Assembly: GCA_963737905.1 (NCBI GenBank)
Contig: CAVTUQ010000004.1
Span: forward strand, 128,001-192,000
Length of the DNA: 64,000 nt
Direction of reading: 5' to 3'
DNA from: an uncultured delta proteobacterium
GTDB lineage: Bacteria; Desulfobacterota; Binatia; UBA9968
Shown: piece after piece, positions 18,888-29,921 of the stretch
Position numbering within the stretch: position 1 is the first letter of the stretch
Layout of the letters: each line of letters starts with the position of its first letter
The notes under the pieces: generated by a model
Seen by the model: only the letters and a program-made list of their open reading frames with translations
Database searches by the model: none
Told to the model about the DNA's origin: nothing
Translations under genes and position numbers: made by a program

Positions 18888-21141
18888 TCAGCGTCGCCAT
18901 GCTAACCATTTTTCAAAGACTTTCTTTACGGTCGGCGTCAGTTTCGTGCGCATGTAGGTGTCGCCGATCTCCCGCAGCATCTCGGCTTGAGTTGGGTAGG
19001 AATGGATGGTCGAAGACAAAATGGCAGCGCTCTGTTTCGCGGTAATCGCGAGCGTTAATTCACCGAGCATCTCACCGGCATGGCGCGCGACAATCGTACC
19101 GCCAAGAATTCTACCCGTTTTCTTGTCGTAGTGAACGCGCGCGAAACCGTCGGTTTCCCCGTCGAGGATCGCTCTATCGACATCGCTGAGCGGTTGCGTA
19201 ATCGTCGCGACGTCGAAGCCGGCCGCCTGTGCGTCTTTCTCATAATAGCCGACATGGGCGATCTCGGGGTCGGTATAGGTACACCAGGGGATGACGAGAT
19301 CCGTCACCTTGCGGCGCGCAAGAAACAAGGCATTGGCGATAACCAAACGCGCCATGGCGTCCGCGGCGTGGGTAAACTTATATTTGGAGCAGACATCGCC
19401 GGCGGCAAAGATTCTCGGATTCGACGTGCGCATGCGCTCATCCACCAGCACGCCACTGCGAGTAAACTTGACCCCGGCTTTTTCCAATCCCAAACCTTCC
19501 AGGTTCGGCTGTCGGCCAACGGAAACGAGAATAGCGTCGCATTCGATCTCTTGATGGCCCCCGCTAACGCAGAAAAAAACCCGTTTGCCGAAGCCATCGC
19601 CACTCACCTTTTCAATGGCACCCTTAGTGACAATCGTGACGCCTTCCCCGCTCATCTGCCTGTGCACAATGGCGGCGGCGGCCTGATCTTCTTTGGGCAA
19701 GATTTCCCCACCATCGGTGATGAGTGCCACTTCGCTGCCGAAGCGCCGAAAGGATTGAGCCAACTCACAACCGATAGGCCCAGCGCCGATGACGACTAAC
19801 CGGCGCGGCAGCTTGGTTAGAGTAAAAATGGTTTCGTTGGTATGGTACCCGGCTTCCTTGAGCCCCTGGATGGGCGAGTTCAGCAGCGCGAGCACCGGTG
19901 GCAATCGCTGCACGGTCAAACTCCAACCGCTTACCATCGACTTCAACAACGGAGGGCCCGGTAAACGCGGCGTTGCCGATGTAAACATCGACACCCAGTT
20001 TCCGGAACCTCTCAACGGAATCATGCGCGCTGATCTCGGCGCGCAGCCGCCGCATCCGCTCCATGGCTGAAGAAAAACTCACACGAGGAGCTGAGGCGGT
20101 ATAAACACCGAACTCGGTTCCGTTCCGGGAATCGTAGGCCGCCCGCGCCGCCCGAATCACCCCCTTAGACGGCACGCAGCCAACATTCAAACAATCTCCG
20201 CCCAAGAGATTGCGCTCGATTAACGCGACCTTCGCCCCGAGCCCCGCTGCTCCCGCGGCGCTCACCAGGCCCGCGGTTCCCGCGCCGACCACCACCAAGT
20301 TGTATTTGCCGGAAGGCGTGGGATTGACCCATCGCGTCGGATGGCAGTTCTCGATCAACTGCTTATCGTACACATCATCGACAAGCATCATCTTGTCCAC
20401 GGTGGTGGGTTTGTGCTCGACATCGAGCCGCGGCAGACTTGACGTGATGCTGCCTTCCTGCTCTTGTTCCGCTTCCCGCAAAGCCCTGCGGGCGATGCGC
20501 GTCACGATCACTACCACCGTCACCGTAGCGAGCAGCCCCACGTACTTGAGGACCTGCTGGTAGAACCCCACCGACGCGTCTGCTTGTCCCACTAAGGCAT
20601 CCCGTGCTGCCGCACCGATGTACACATAGAGAAACATGCCTGGTAACATGCCAAGCAGATTCGCCAGCACATAAGCTCCGGTTTTGACCGTGGTCAGCCC
20701 GAGCAAATAGTTGAGCAAAGTAAAAGGGAATGCAGGACTCAAGCGCGTAAGAAAGACCATCTTGAATCCCTGGCGGCCGATGGCGAGATCGAGAGCGCGA
20801 AATTTCGGATTTCCCTCCGCCCAACGCGCCACTTTCTCGCGCAGGAACGTCCGTGCCAGCAAGAAAGCGCAGAGCGCTCCCAAGTTCGCCCCCACCAACA
20901 CCACAAGGAAACCCGTGCGCAGCCCGAACAAAGTGCCGGCGCCAATGGTCAGCGCACTACCTGGGATGAACAGCACAGTCGTAACTACGTAGGCAAACGC
21001 GACGACAACGGGTCCCACCGCGCCGAGGCTTTGCACATAGTATTCAAATTGTTTGAACCATTCGCGAAAAGGCAATAACAAGACCGCGGCCGCGATATCG
21101 GCGGCTATAAAGATGATAAGCGCAATCTTGCCGGCCCTCAT
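18888..21141 (-). CDS. TVP38/DedA (VTT) membrane domain fused to a mercuric-reductase-like pyridine nucleotide-disulfide oxidoreductase; frameshift at about 19878
   Basis: N-terminal RLSP.FPF..LNY VTT motif, then GAGTAG and GGDCLNVGCVPSK; the second frame carries GAGPIG.E, AAGDV, HSYPT; no C-terminal CysCys pair. Confidence 0.87.
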
Positions 21142-21172
21142 GATGTGTTCCTCGGTCTTTTGTCGCCTCCGT

Positions 21173-22300
21173 TCAGATGGCTGCCAGCCGAGACAAAACC
21201 GTATAAATCAGCCCCGCTATCACCGCTGCGGTTGGGAGCGTTAACAACCAAGCCAAAAGAATCGTGCGGATGACGTTCCAGCGCGCTTGTCCGTTGGCGA
21301 CGCCGATGCCGAAGAGCGCGCCACAGGAGACATGGGTGGTTGAAACGGGCAGGCCCCACTTGGAAGAGAAGATGACAAGAAAGCTTGTGACCAAATTCGC
21401 CAAGAATGCTTGGTCGGCATCCATGCCCGTGATGCGTTTGCTGACCGTCTCCGCCACCTTTCTGCCATTGATCAATCCCCCGAGCGCCATGATGGCTGCC
21501 ACGAGTATGACAGACCAAGCTAGGTCGAACGCGCCGGCGACCAAGCCCAGCGCGACAATCTTCGGCGTATCATTAAGACCGCGCGCAAAACTTACAGCGC
21601 CAGCGCTCAAGAAATGTCCGGCGTCGAGCAAATTCTGGCCGTTTAATCCAAACAAAGTTCCAGAAAGCGGCTGCGCACAGGCCGTCTGATTATCTACTAT
21701 CACGCGCAGGCCGGTCACCGATTCAGAAATGACAATTCCTTCTGGCGTGACGGCTCTCGGAACGGCTTCGCTGCCGATGCAAACGCAAATTTCTTTACTG
21801 AAACCGGGGGTTCTGAGCACGCGGCTTAACAACGGATAACCAAAGAGGGCCAGCATCACGGCCAGCAACGGGCTTACCAGGAGCGGCAGAAAAACACTCG
21901 TCAGAAGCGTATAAAAACCGAGCTGAAGCCCCACCGCTACGAAACCGCCACCGAAGAGAGCACCCGTTAAACTGTGGGTGGTCGAGATGGGGATGCCAAT
22001 CTTTGTTGCCAAGAACACCGTCAACGCTGCGCCGAGGATCACCGCGGCGACAAATGGTTGCGATTGCGTGAGAGACTCCGGCAGGAAGTCTTTTCCTTGA
22101 AAGATCGAAATAAGTTTGGTGGCGACAAAAAGTGCCGTGACGGAACCCGCTAGGGTCGTCAGAGTCGCCCACCAAAGCGCTCTGCGGTAGTCGGTGGTCC
22201 CGCTACCGAACAGCGTCGCAACACCCTTAAAGTTGTCGTTGGCGCCATTGGCATAAGCAACAAAAAGCATAGCACTGACGATGAGAATGGGCCAAACCAC
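21173..22300 (-). CDS. PiT family inorganic phosphate (or arsenate) transporter
   Basis: ANGANDN, PISTTH, ARGLND, PVSTTH. Confidence 0.9.
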   Translation of the reverse strand: MVWPILIVSAMLFVAYANGANDNFKGVATLFGSGTTDYRRALWWATLTTLAGSVTALFVATKLISIFQGKDFLPESLTQSQPFVAAVILGAALTVFLATKIGIPISTTHSLTGALFGGGFVAVGLQLGFYTLLTSVFLPLLVSPLLAVMLALFGYPLLSRVLRTPGFSKEICVCIGSEAVPRAVTPEGIVISESVTGLRVIVDNQTACAQPLSGTLFGLNGQNLLDAGHFLSAGAVSFARGLNDTPKIVALGLVAGAFDLAWSVILVAAIMALGGLINGRKVAETVSKRITGMDADQAFLANLVTSFLVIFSSKWGLPVSTTHVSCGALFGIGVANGQARWNVIRTILLAWLLTLPTAAVIAGLIYTVLSRLAAI

Positions 22301-22319
22301 TATTTCGCTCCTGAACGAA

Positions 22320-23282
22320 TTATGAAACCAGCGCGCCGCCGCAGCTGCTGCCGGCGCCGGCGGTGCAGGCGTAACAATGATCGCCGACCGTGATGGGCGG
22401 GTTCAGCAGTTGATCCAACGATGCCGAGAGGATGTTAAGCGCTTTGCCGTCCGTGTCGCGCATCGGCAGATCGAGCATCTGGTTGAAATCGCAGTCGTAG
22501 ATGGAACCTTCCCAGCCGACACTTACAAGATTGCGGCACATGACCTGCTCGAGGGTGGCGGCATTGAAGCTAGTTTCCAACAGTTCCGTATAGCGATCAT
22601 ATTCGCCGCGCAATTTGAGATGGGTGGCATAGCGGGTGATCGGCATGTTGGTCAAACAAAAAAGGTGATTGAACACGATGCCGAACTGTTCGCGGAGAAT
22701 CCGCTTATAATCTTGTTCCAGCTGTGCTTGCGGCGGCGGCAAGTGCGGCCCTACGGGATTGTAGACCAGATCAAGAATCAAGTCGGTGTCCGGTTGACCA
22801 TAACCGATTTCGTTGAACCGCTGTAATGCGCGGATGCTCAAATCGAAAGTTCCTTTGCCGCGCTGTTTGTCGACGTTTTCTTGGGAATAACACGGCAAGG
22901 AACAAACCAGCTCGACTTCATGCCGTTTAAGAAACTCCGGCAGATACTCCTTGCCGGGCTCGAAGATGACCGTCAAATTGCAGCGGTCCATCACGTGGCG
23001 CCCAAAGCGCCGCGCCGCGACAACTAAATAATCGAAATCGGGATGCAGCTCGGGCGCGCCGCCTGTGACATCGAGCGTGGGAATGTTCGTCCCGGCGAGA
23101 AAATGCAAGACGCCGTCGACGGTCTCCCGGCTCATCATTTCTGTTCGCGTCGGACCCGATTCGACGTGGCAGTGAATGCAGGCCAAATTACAGTAGCGGC
23201 CCATGTTCACTTGTAAGACATCGATGGCGCGGCGTTGTAGACCTTTACCGTGTAGATCTAGCCTTTGTGCGAAAGGTTGCAT
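22320..23282 (-). CDS. arsS: Arsenosugar-biosynthesis-type radical SAM protein (TIGR04167/DUF3641)
   Basis: CNLACIHC, TGGAPE, YDCDFNQML, HCYACTAGAGSSCGG. Confidence 0.9.
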   Translation of the reverse strand: MQPFAQRLDLHGKGLQRRAIDVLQVNMGRYCNLACIHCHVESGPTRTEMMSRETVDGVLHFLAGTNIPTLDVTGGAPELHPDFDYLVVAARRFGRHVMDRCNLTVIFEPGKEYLPEFLKRHEVELVCSLPCYSQENVDKQRGKGTFDLSIRALQRFNEIGYGQPDTDLILDLVYNPVGPHLPPPQAQLEQDYKRILREQFGIVFNHLFCLTNMPITRYATHLKLRGEYDRYTELLETSFNAATLEQVMCRNLVSVGWEGSIYDCDFNQMLDLPMRDTDGKALNILSASLDQLLNPPITVGDHCYACTAGAGSSCGGALVS

Positions 23283-23401
23283 GGAAGATCACCCTCACCT
23301 CGATCCTCTCCCGTCCAGGGAGAGGAAGGAAAGACTTATCGTGCTGGCGTCACTTTCTCCATCTCCACGTCTCCCCGTCTGCCTTTCTCCCTATTTGTAT
23401 C

Positions 23402-24608
23402 CTAAGGGCAGCAATTGGAGTCGGGCCCGCAGACACCGCCCGACAATTGTGTCACCTTGTAGCCCAGCCCCTTGGTCTCCCGGGGGTCGCGCTTGTGATC
23501 ACGCGCGCAATCGAAGACGCCGGCCTTGGCCAGCGCCACTTCTTCCCGCGGCGGCACCAGAATGAATTGCCCTTCGTAGGGCGGCTGGGAGTAGAGCTTA
23601 AAGGTCTTATCGCAGACGGCGATGCGCACGCCGCGCGGCAGCGTGTGCCCGTCGTCATCGACCACTTGTTTCCAAGGCCCACGGTAGATGACCGCTTGGT
23701 TGCGCTCGATGCATGGCCCTTCTTTGCCCTTGTATGCGGTCACCGTTACGGCGCGGAACTCGATGCCTTCGACCGTTTGATAAGCCTCCGAGCGAAACTC
23801 CTCGATTTTGATGCCGTAGAACTTGGCCTCTTCGAAGGCGCGCAAGAAATCTTCTTCTTGGAAAGCGCCGGAGACACAGGCACTCCAGAGATCGGGGATC
23901 GTTGGCGAGATGCTCTGGCACCGGCTCGTCGCTGACGATGTCGGAAATAGCGACCCGTCCGCCGCGCTTGAGCACGCGGTACATCTCGGCGAACAATTGC
24001 TTTTTGTCCTCAGGCCGAACCAGATTCAGCACGCAGTTCGAAATGATGACATCGATGGATTCGTCGGCAACTAACGGCTGTTCGTGACCCATCTTAGCTT
24101 CGACCTCCTGGAAGTGCGCGAGATCGGCCATGGACCGGACGGGATTGTCCTGCAGGTAGCGATCGATCAATTCCAGGTTGGTTTTCAGATCCTGGATCTT
24201 GCCGCGGCGGAACTCCACGTTGTGATAGCCGAGCTGATCGCCGATGGTTTTTTGATACTTGCGTGCCAATTCCAGCATTGGCGGATTGAAATCGACGCCA
24301 ATGACTCGGCCGCTAGGCCCGACAATTTGGGAAATGATGTAACAAGCCTTGCCGCTGCCAGAACCCAAATCAAGCACGATCTCACCCTCACGAATATAGC
24401 GCGACGGATCGCCGCAGCCATAGTCTTTCTCGATGATTTCCTTGGGGATAACTCTCAACAACGCTTGGTCATAACTCACCGGCAGACACAAGCAGGCGTC
24501 CACTTCCCGTGCCGCGTTGCCGTAACGCTGCAACACGGCAGCCTCGTAGTCAGTACCATTCCGATTACCGCTCTCTCCATTGGCTCGGATGACAGCTTCC
24601 CGGTCCAT
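23402..24608 (-). CDS. ArsM-like SAM methyltransferase with C-terminal extension; frameshift in a G4 run at 23894-23897
   Basis: LCLPV.Y, DYGCGDP, LDLGSGSG, SNCVLNL; removing one base gives DPDLWSACVSGAFQEEDF, joining ORF 23402..23845, which ends DSNCCP. Confidence 0.85.
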
Positions 24609-24724
24609 GCAGCCTCCCTTAAATCTCTTGTAAGGTAATGATTCTAAAGAAGATCACTTTCGAAATGACGGCGCAACTTAAAAATTGGCGTATTTCAGCA
24701 TTTTTCTACATTAGATAACCGTAA

Positions 24725-24750
24725 AACGTCGCCGGTTGCAAAAAAGTTCC
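24725..24750 (-). promoter_or_regulatory. ECF-type promoter upstream of the methyltransferase/arsS operon
   Basis: Minus strand reads GGAACT-N16-CGTT. Confidence 0.65.
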
Positions 24751-24853
24751 CCCGTGGCGGAGCGCCGGCCAGTAGCGATTGTTCTAGCCCTTCCAAGTGC
24801 CGAAGTCGTTGTCGATGGCAATCGGTTATTGAAAGCCATGTTTGTGGACATCG

Positions 24854-24879
24854 GGAACTCAGGCACCCAGTAAAACGTT
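24854..24879 (+). promoter_or_regulatory. ECF-type promoter upstream of the ECF sigma gene
   Basis: GGAACT-N16-CGTT, same hexamer, spacing and tetramer as the divergent copy. Confidence 0.65.
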
Positions 24880-24922
24880 ATGTTGCTTAGACAGACTCTC
24901 TTCTATTCGTTAAAATGCCCGC

Positions 24923-25498
24923 GTGGCCGGGAAGCGAAAAACAGCAGACGCCGGGCGGGATGCTTTTGCGCGTGAAGCCATGGTTCATCTCGATCATTTG
25001 TATCGTGTCGGATTTCACCTGGCTAAACATCAAGACGAGGCCCAGGAACTCGTCCAAGAGACCTTTGTCCGTGCCCTTGCCGCTTACGAGCAGTTCAATC
25101 CCGGAACCAACATGAAAGCGTGGCTGACAAAGATTCTGCACAATCTTTTCTTCGATCGCTACCACCAAGGGAAACGATGGATTTCAACAGACGATCCAGC
25201 TTATGAGGAATCCGATTATTGGAAAGGACTGCCGGCGGAGAACCCTGGACCGGAGAGCCATGCCTTGGCGAGGGAATTAAACGCCCAAATCACCGATGTT
25301 TTGAGAAAGATCCCCGGAGAGTTTCGCGCTCCAATCGTTTTAGTCGACATGGGCGATTTCACATACGAAGAAGCTGCGGAAATGCTGTCATGCCCGATAG
25401 GTACCATTCGCTCGCAGCTTTCTCGCGGTAGAAAACTGCTGCAGGAATACCTGAGGCCATACGTAAGCAGCGAACAAGAAAAGGCCAAGCTAAAATGA
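24923..25498 (+). CDS. ECF sigma-70 factor
   Basis: AQELVQETF.RA, KAWL.KI..N; region 4 YEEAAEML.CPIGTIRS.L.RGR. Confidence 0.93.
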   Translation: MAGKRKTADAGRDAFAREAMVHLDHLYRVGFHLAKHQDEAQELVQETFVRALAAYEQFNPGTNMKAWLTKILHNLFFDRYHQGKRWISTDDPAYEESDYWKGLPAENPGPESHALARELNAQITDVLRKIPGEFRAPIVLVDMGDFTYEEAAEMLSCPIGTIRSQLSRGRKLLQEYLRPYVSSEQEKAKLK

Positions 25499-26307
25499 CC
25501 TGCGGCGAAGCGCAAGAACTTATCACCGCGCTGATCGATCACGAGCTGCTTGACGCGGAGCGGTCCTCGCTGGAAACACATCTCAAGGAGTGCGCCCGCT
25601 GCCGGTTTGCTTTGGAAGAGGAGCGGGCTCTCAAGCAAGCGATCCGAGAGGCTGGCGATCGCATCCGCGCTCCCGCCGAACTCCGTAGTAAGATTCTCTC
25701 GGACCGGCGCGTCTTTCCTGAGACGAAACGATCCCCGCGCCGGTGGCAAGATTACATCTGGCCCATGCCGCATGTTCTCGGTCCGGCACTTGCCGTCGCC
25801 CTTCTCCTGGCCATCGCGCTCCCGGCGTTTGTCTTTCTTCAATCACGCAGCCAGCCTATGGCCGTTGCCGCCCTGGAGACATACGATCTTTTTCTCAGGG
25901 GCGAACTTCGCGTGCATAGGGCGGAAACCGCAGAGGAAATCGTCGCACAGTTGACCCGCACCGTGGGCGGGGACTTCCACCCCATGGGCTACAATCTCAC
26001 GGCCATGGATCTACGCCCTGTGGCGGGCTTGGTCCGTGAGATTGACGGTCGCAAGGTCCTCGTCGTCATCTACCAGGGCAAAGGCGGGACTCTCTTCTGC
26101 TACACTTTTCTCGGATCAGAAAAAGATGCACCACCCAACGCCGCCAGGTTTGTTGACGCCGCCAAGAAGATGAACTTTTATGCCTTCTCCCACAGCGGCA
26201 TTAACGCGGTGCTTCATCGTGAAGGCGAAGTTATTTGTATCCTGGCTTCTAAAATGTCAATGGAGGAACTTTTGGCCCTGGCGCAGTCTAAGGCCAAACG
26301 AACCTAA
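25495..26307 (+). CDS. Zinc-finger (HxxxCxxC) transmembrane anti-sigma factor
   Basis: MTC...HLKECARC, one TM segment, ATGA overlap with the sigma gene. Confidence 0.88.
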   Translation: MTCGEAQELITALIDHELLDAERSSLETHLKECARCRFALEEERALKQAIREAGDRIRAPAELRSKILSDRRVFPETKRSPRRWQDYIWPMPHVLGPALAVALLLAIALPAFVFLQSRSQPMAVAALETYDLFLRGELRVHRAETAEEIVAQLTRTVGGDFHPMGYNLTAMDLRPVAGLVREIDGRKVLVVIYQGKGGTLFCYTFLGSEKDAPPNAARFVDAAKKMNFYAFSHSGINAVLHREGEVICILASKMSMEELLALAQSKAKRT

Positions 26308-26476
26308 CATGGGCTGGCAATGTCATTCCGAGCTCTGCGATCTGAGTCAAAGGTCAGTCGATCACCCAGCGCAAAGGGGGGCTTGTTTCCATGCGTCGCG
26401 TAATTTTTTCCTAGCGCTCATTGTTTTTTCCAGTCTCGGTGCCTTCCGATACAAGGCATTTCGCCACAATTACAAC

Positions 26477-26491
26477 TGGCACTTACTTTGC
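26477..26491 (+). promoter_or_regulatory. sigma54 -24/-12 promoter
   Basis: TGGCAC-TTACT-TTGC, 15 nt before ATG 26507. Confidence 0.7.
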
Positions 26492-26506
26492 TGTCAGACA
26501 TAGAGA

Positions 26507-27187
26507 ATGGTCGTTAAAAAATTCACAATAGCCATCCTGGGCACAGTGCTTTTTTCGGTTTTGAGTCTTTACATAGATCCGGCACTTGAGGGCACCGCCG
26601 GGCAAGCTGATACCCGTAACGACCGGCAGCATTTCAGGCAAAGGGCCGCGGAGCGTGATCTAGAGCGGCTTCAAAGGATCATGGGTCCTCTAGTACGAGC
26701 GACGAATCATCCGGACCGTCTAAATGAAATCCGAGTCAAAATCGCTGACGACTCCAATATTAATGCAGGCAGCGCCGGGGGAGGAGAGTTTGTTATAACA
26801 ACCGGTCTATTGCAGAAAGCCAATGACGAGCAATTGCGCGGCATTCTGGCCCACGAGATTGCCCACGACGATCTGGGACATCCCGTGAAGATGCAACTCG
26901 TAGGAACTGGTATAAGCCTCGGGGCAGCACTGCTGGAAAAGGTGTTTCCAGGAAGTGGGGCGGTAGCGCCGATCGCGGGCACCTTGATCGCGTCGAGTTA
27001 CAGCCGTCCGCAGGAATTGGAAGCGGACCGCCATGGGGTGACGATTCTGCGACGCGCGGGATATTCGAAAGAGGTGATGGTTCGGACGCTCAGCTGGATC
27101 ATGCAGATGCAAGGGAACAGCGGCGGCGGGTTCTTATCGACCCATCCTGCAACCGATGAGCGCATTCGTGCTCTCAGACAGCTCTAG
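26507..27187 (+). CDS. M48 family zinc metallopeptidase
   Basis: ILAHEIAH, YSR.QELEAD, FLSTHP...RI. Confidence 0.9.
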   Translation: MVVKKFTIAILGTVLFSVLSLYIDPALEGTAGQADTRNDRQHFRQRAAERDLERLQRIMGPLVRATNHPDRLNEIRVKIADDSNINAGSAGGGEFVITTGLLQKANDEQLRGILAHEIAHDDLGHPVKMQLVGTGISLGAALLEKVFPGSGAVAPIAGTLIASSYSRPQELEADRHGVTILRRAGYSKEVMVRTLSWIMQMQGNSGGGFLSTHPATDERIRALRQL

Positions 27188-27263
27188 CTTGGAGGCTCGC
27201 TCCTCGGTCACTCTTCCGTGAATAATGCGCAGGTTAGCGCTATCTCTTCGAGGACGTTGCAGG

Positions 27264-28277
27264 CTATCCGCCGAGAGAAATCATTTCGATTTTCTTGTGG
27301 CTCTTGGGATCGTAGCTTGCGTCGCGCAGTGCTTCCAACCGTTCGAGGGAATAGCGATCGGCGCGTTTGATCCATATCGAGCTGAGCAATTCCAGAATCT
27401 CCTCGTCCGAGGAGCCGTTGCGGAGGAGAGTCTTAATGTCATGACCCACCGCTGAAAAGAGGCAAGTTACGATTTTCCCGTCGGCGGTGATTCTCGCCCG
27501 CGTGCAACTCGAGCAAAACGGCTCCGTCACCGAAGCGATGACACCGATATCGCCACGTCCATCGACAAACTCGTAGTCCATCGACGGCGCGCTTCCCTGG
27601 GCCCGGCCGATTTCTTTCAGTGGATATCGGGCATGAATCTTTGCGATAATTTCCTTTTTGGAAACCAGTTTCTCCGACGTCCAGTTGTTGGCGTTACCGA
27701 CATCCATGTACTCGATAAAGCGCATGCCAAAGCCGTGCTCTCGGGAAAACTCCACCAGGGGAATGATATCGTCGTCATTCACGCCCCGTTCGACTACCGC
27801 ATTCAGTTTGATTGGATGAAGGCCATGACTCTTAGCGGCAAAGATGCCTTCCAGCACCTTGTTCAAGTCGCCCCTCTTGGTCATTCGCCTAAACTTGTCA
27901 TGATCCAAAGAGTCCAGGCTTACATTAATCCGCTGCAATCCCGCTTGTTTGAGCGATCGAACCTTCTCGGCCAACAGTGCCCCGTTCGTTGTTAAGCAGA
28001 GCTCTTTGAGCCCTTCGATTGCCGACAGTTTTTCAACCAGCCGATCGAGATTCTGTCGAACCAGCGGCTCGCCGCCGGTTAGCCGGATTTTCTCGACACC
28101 GACTCGAATGAACAAAGTTGCCAGCCGAGTAATCTCCTCAAAAGTAAGAATCTCTTTCTTATTGATCCACTCGTACTCGTCCAGCGGCATACAGTAGGTG
28201 CAGCGGAAGTTGCACCTGTCGGTTACGGAAATTCTAAGGTCACGAAGCGGTCGTTTGTAGACATCCATTACCATCAC
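27264..28277 (-). CDS. moaA: GTP 3',8-cyclase
   Basis: LRISVTDRCNFRCTYCM, FCSSCTR.R...CLF, C-terminal GG. Confidence 0.96.
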   Translation of the reverse strand: MMVMDVYKRPLRDLRISVTDRCNFRCTYCMPLDEYEWINKKEILTFEEITRLATLFIRVGVEKIRLTGGEPLVRQNLDRLVEKLSAIEGLKELCLTTNGALLAEKVRSLKQAGLQRINVSLDSLDHDKFRRMTKRGDLNKVLEGIFAAKSHGLHPIKLNAVVERGVNDDDIIPLVEFSREHGFGMRFIEYMDVGNANNWTSEKLVSKKEIIAKIHARYPLKEIGRAQGSAPSMDYEFVDGRGDIGVIASVTEPFCSSCTRARITADGKIVTCLFSAVGHDIKTLLRNGSSDEEILELLSSIWIKRADRYSLERLEALRDASYDPKSHKKIEMISLGG

Positions 28278-28382
28278 TTTTTACTATGCAATACCAGGCT
28301 CTTGGGTGCAAGACGCGGGCGTCCCCGCAACGGGCCTTTTAACTTTGCTGGCTATGGGGCGATCTGTTATCCTATCGCGGCA

Positions 28383-29919
28383 ATGAGCCTGCGCCAGCAG
28401 CAAATCGCAGTCTTTTTCGGCACCGTCGTGGTTATTTTCGGTATTTTCGCCGGAGGCGTTTGGCTGATCGCCCGGCGATTGACTACAGAGGCAACCCTGC
28501 AAACCGCCGTCTTAATGGCGCGCCAGGTTGAGATCGCCTTGGCTGACAGCCTGCGCCAGCGCCCCGCGCCCCAAGGGCGGATTATCCAGTCACAGCCTTC
28601 TTCGTCTTTTTGGAGCTTCTTGGGTAACATTTTTCCCGGCGTCGGTTCGAGGCCTAGGACGCAATACATCCCTGGACGCCCGGCCTCGCGGCAAGCTGAA
28701 GTCAAAGGATTAATGGAAGCCTTCGTTAGCCGCAGCGGCAGTATCGAAGCGATGTGGGTACTCAATGCCGACGGCAAGATTCTCTATAGTTCAAAGGGTC
28801 ACGAAAAGGGTGAAGCCCTGACCGATCCGAATCTCAGAAGCAGTCTACGGCGTGGTGTTACCAGTATCAATTCCCAGCACCAAGGGGAATCGACTTATTA
28901 CGACGTCCTGGTGCCGCTGCAAATGCCCGCTGGCGTGGAGGGACCGGGCGGTCTCAGGTTGTGGATCAATCCGGCGGACTGGACGGAGATGCTTTCAGGA
29001 CTATGGCGACAACTTACCTTGTTATTCGCCCTCGGCGGCGGCGTGGCTTTGCTGAGCGCGTTCCTGACCACGGCTCTCTACACGCGCCGCTTTCGCTTGA
29101 TCAGCGAAACTTTGCGCCAGGCTGAAGCCGGCACCTATCAAACCCGGCCCCAGTATCGGAGCCAAGACGAAGTGGGAACGAGTTTGGATTTGATCGACCG
29201 CCTGGTCATGAAGCAGCGCAAGACCGTTGGCGCACCCGCGCCAATGCAGCGCCTGGCCTACGCGGCTCGAACCTTGGCGCACGAAGTACGCACGCCTTTG
29301 AACGCCTTGGCGATTCATCTCGAACTTCTCCGCAACTCTGCCCAGACGGGCAACGGCCCGGACATCCAGCAAGAAAAATCCATCAGCGCGCTGGACGCCA
29401 GCGTCCGGCAAGTCGATCGACTCGTGCGCGAGTTTAGCGACTATTCCGCGCCGGTCACCATGGAAAGGAAAGCAACCGATGTATCCGAAGTGCTCGCCGC
29501 AAGCCTCGAAGCGGCGGCGGCACAATGCGCAATGAAGAATATTGCTCTAAAAAAAGATCTGGTCCCGGGTCCGTGGACGATTCAAGGCGACGGCACGCGT
29601 CTGCGCCAATGCTTCGACAACCTTTTGCGCAACGCCATGGAAGCCCAACCTGACGGCGGCGCCATTCATGTTACCGCTGCAAAAAAATCCAAAGAGTTGG
29701 TTCTACGGTTCGCAGACTCCGGACCCGGAGTAGCGCCGGAGCACCGCACTGAACTGTTTGAGTTTGGCAAAACGACGAAGATCGGCGGTAGCGGCATCGG
29801 ACTGCCGCTGAGCCAGCTAATCGTCGAGTCCCATGGCGGCTCGCTTGGTATATGAAGATCAAAACGGCCATAGCGCGGGAGCCACCTTTCGTTTGACTCT
29901 ATCCTTGGAGGGGAATTAG
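28383..29919 (+). CDS. Membrane sensor histidine kinase; frameshift at about 29850
   Basis: Two TM segments, H-box AHEVRTPL, N-box NLLRNA, DSGPG, GSGIGL; the shifted frame supplies GATFRLTL to TAG 29917-29919. Confidence 0.88.
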
Positions 29920-29921
29920 TC

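Noticed and set aside
18888-21141. Calling the reductase merA
   Set aside because: No C-terminal CysCys pair and no mer genes; the context is the arsS cluster.
29853-29855. TGA ending the histidine kinase early
   Set aside because: Explained by a one-base insertion; the GATF motif is in the neighbouring frame.
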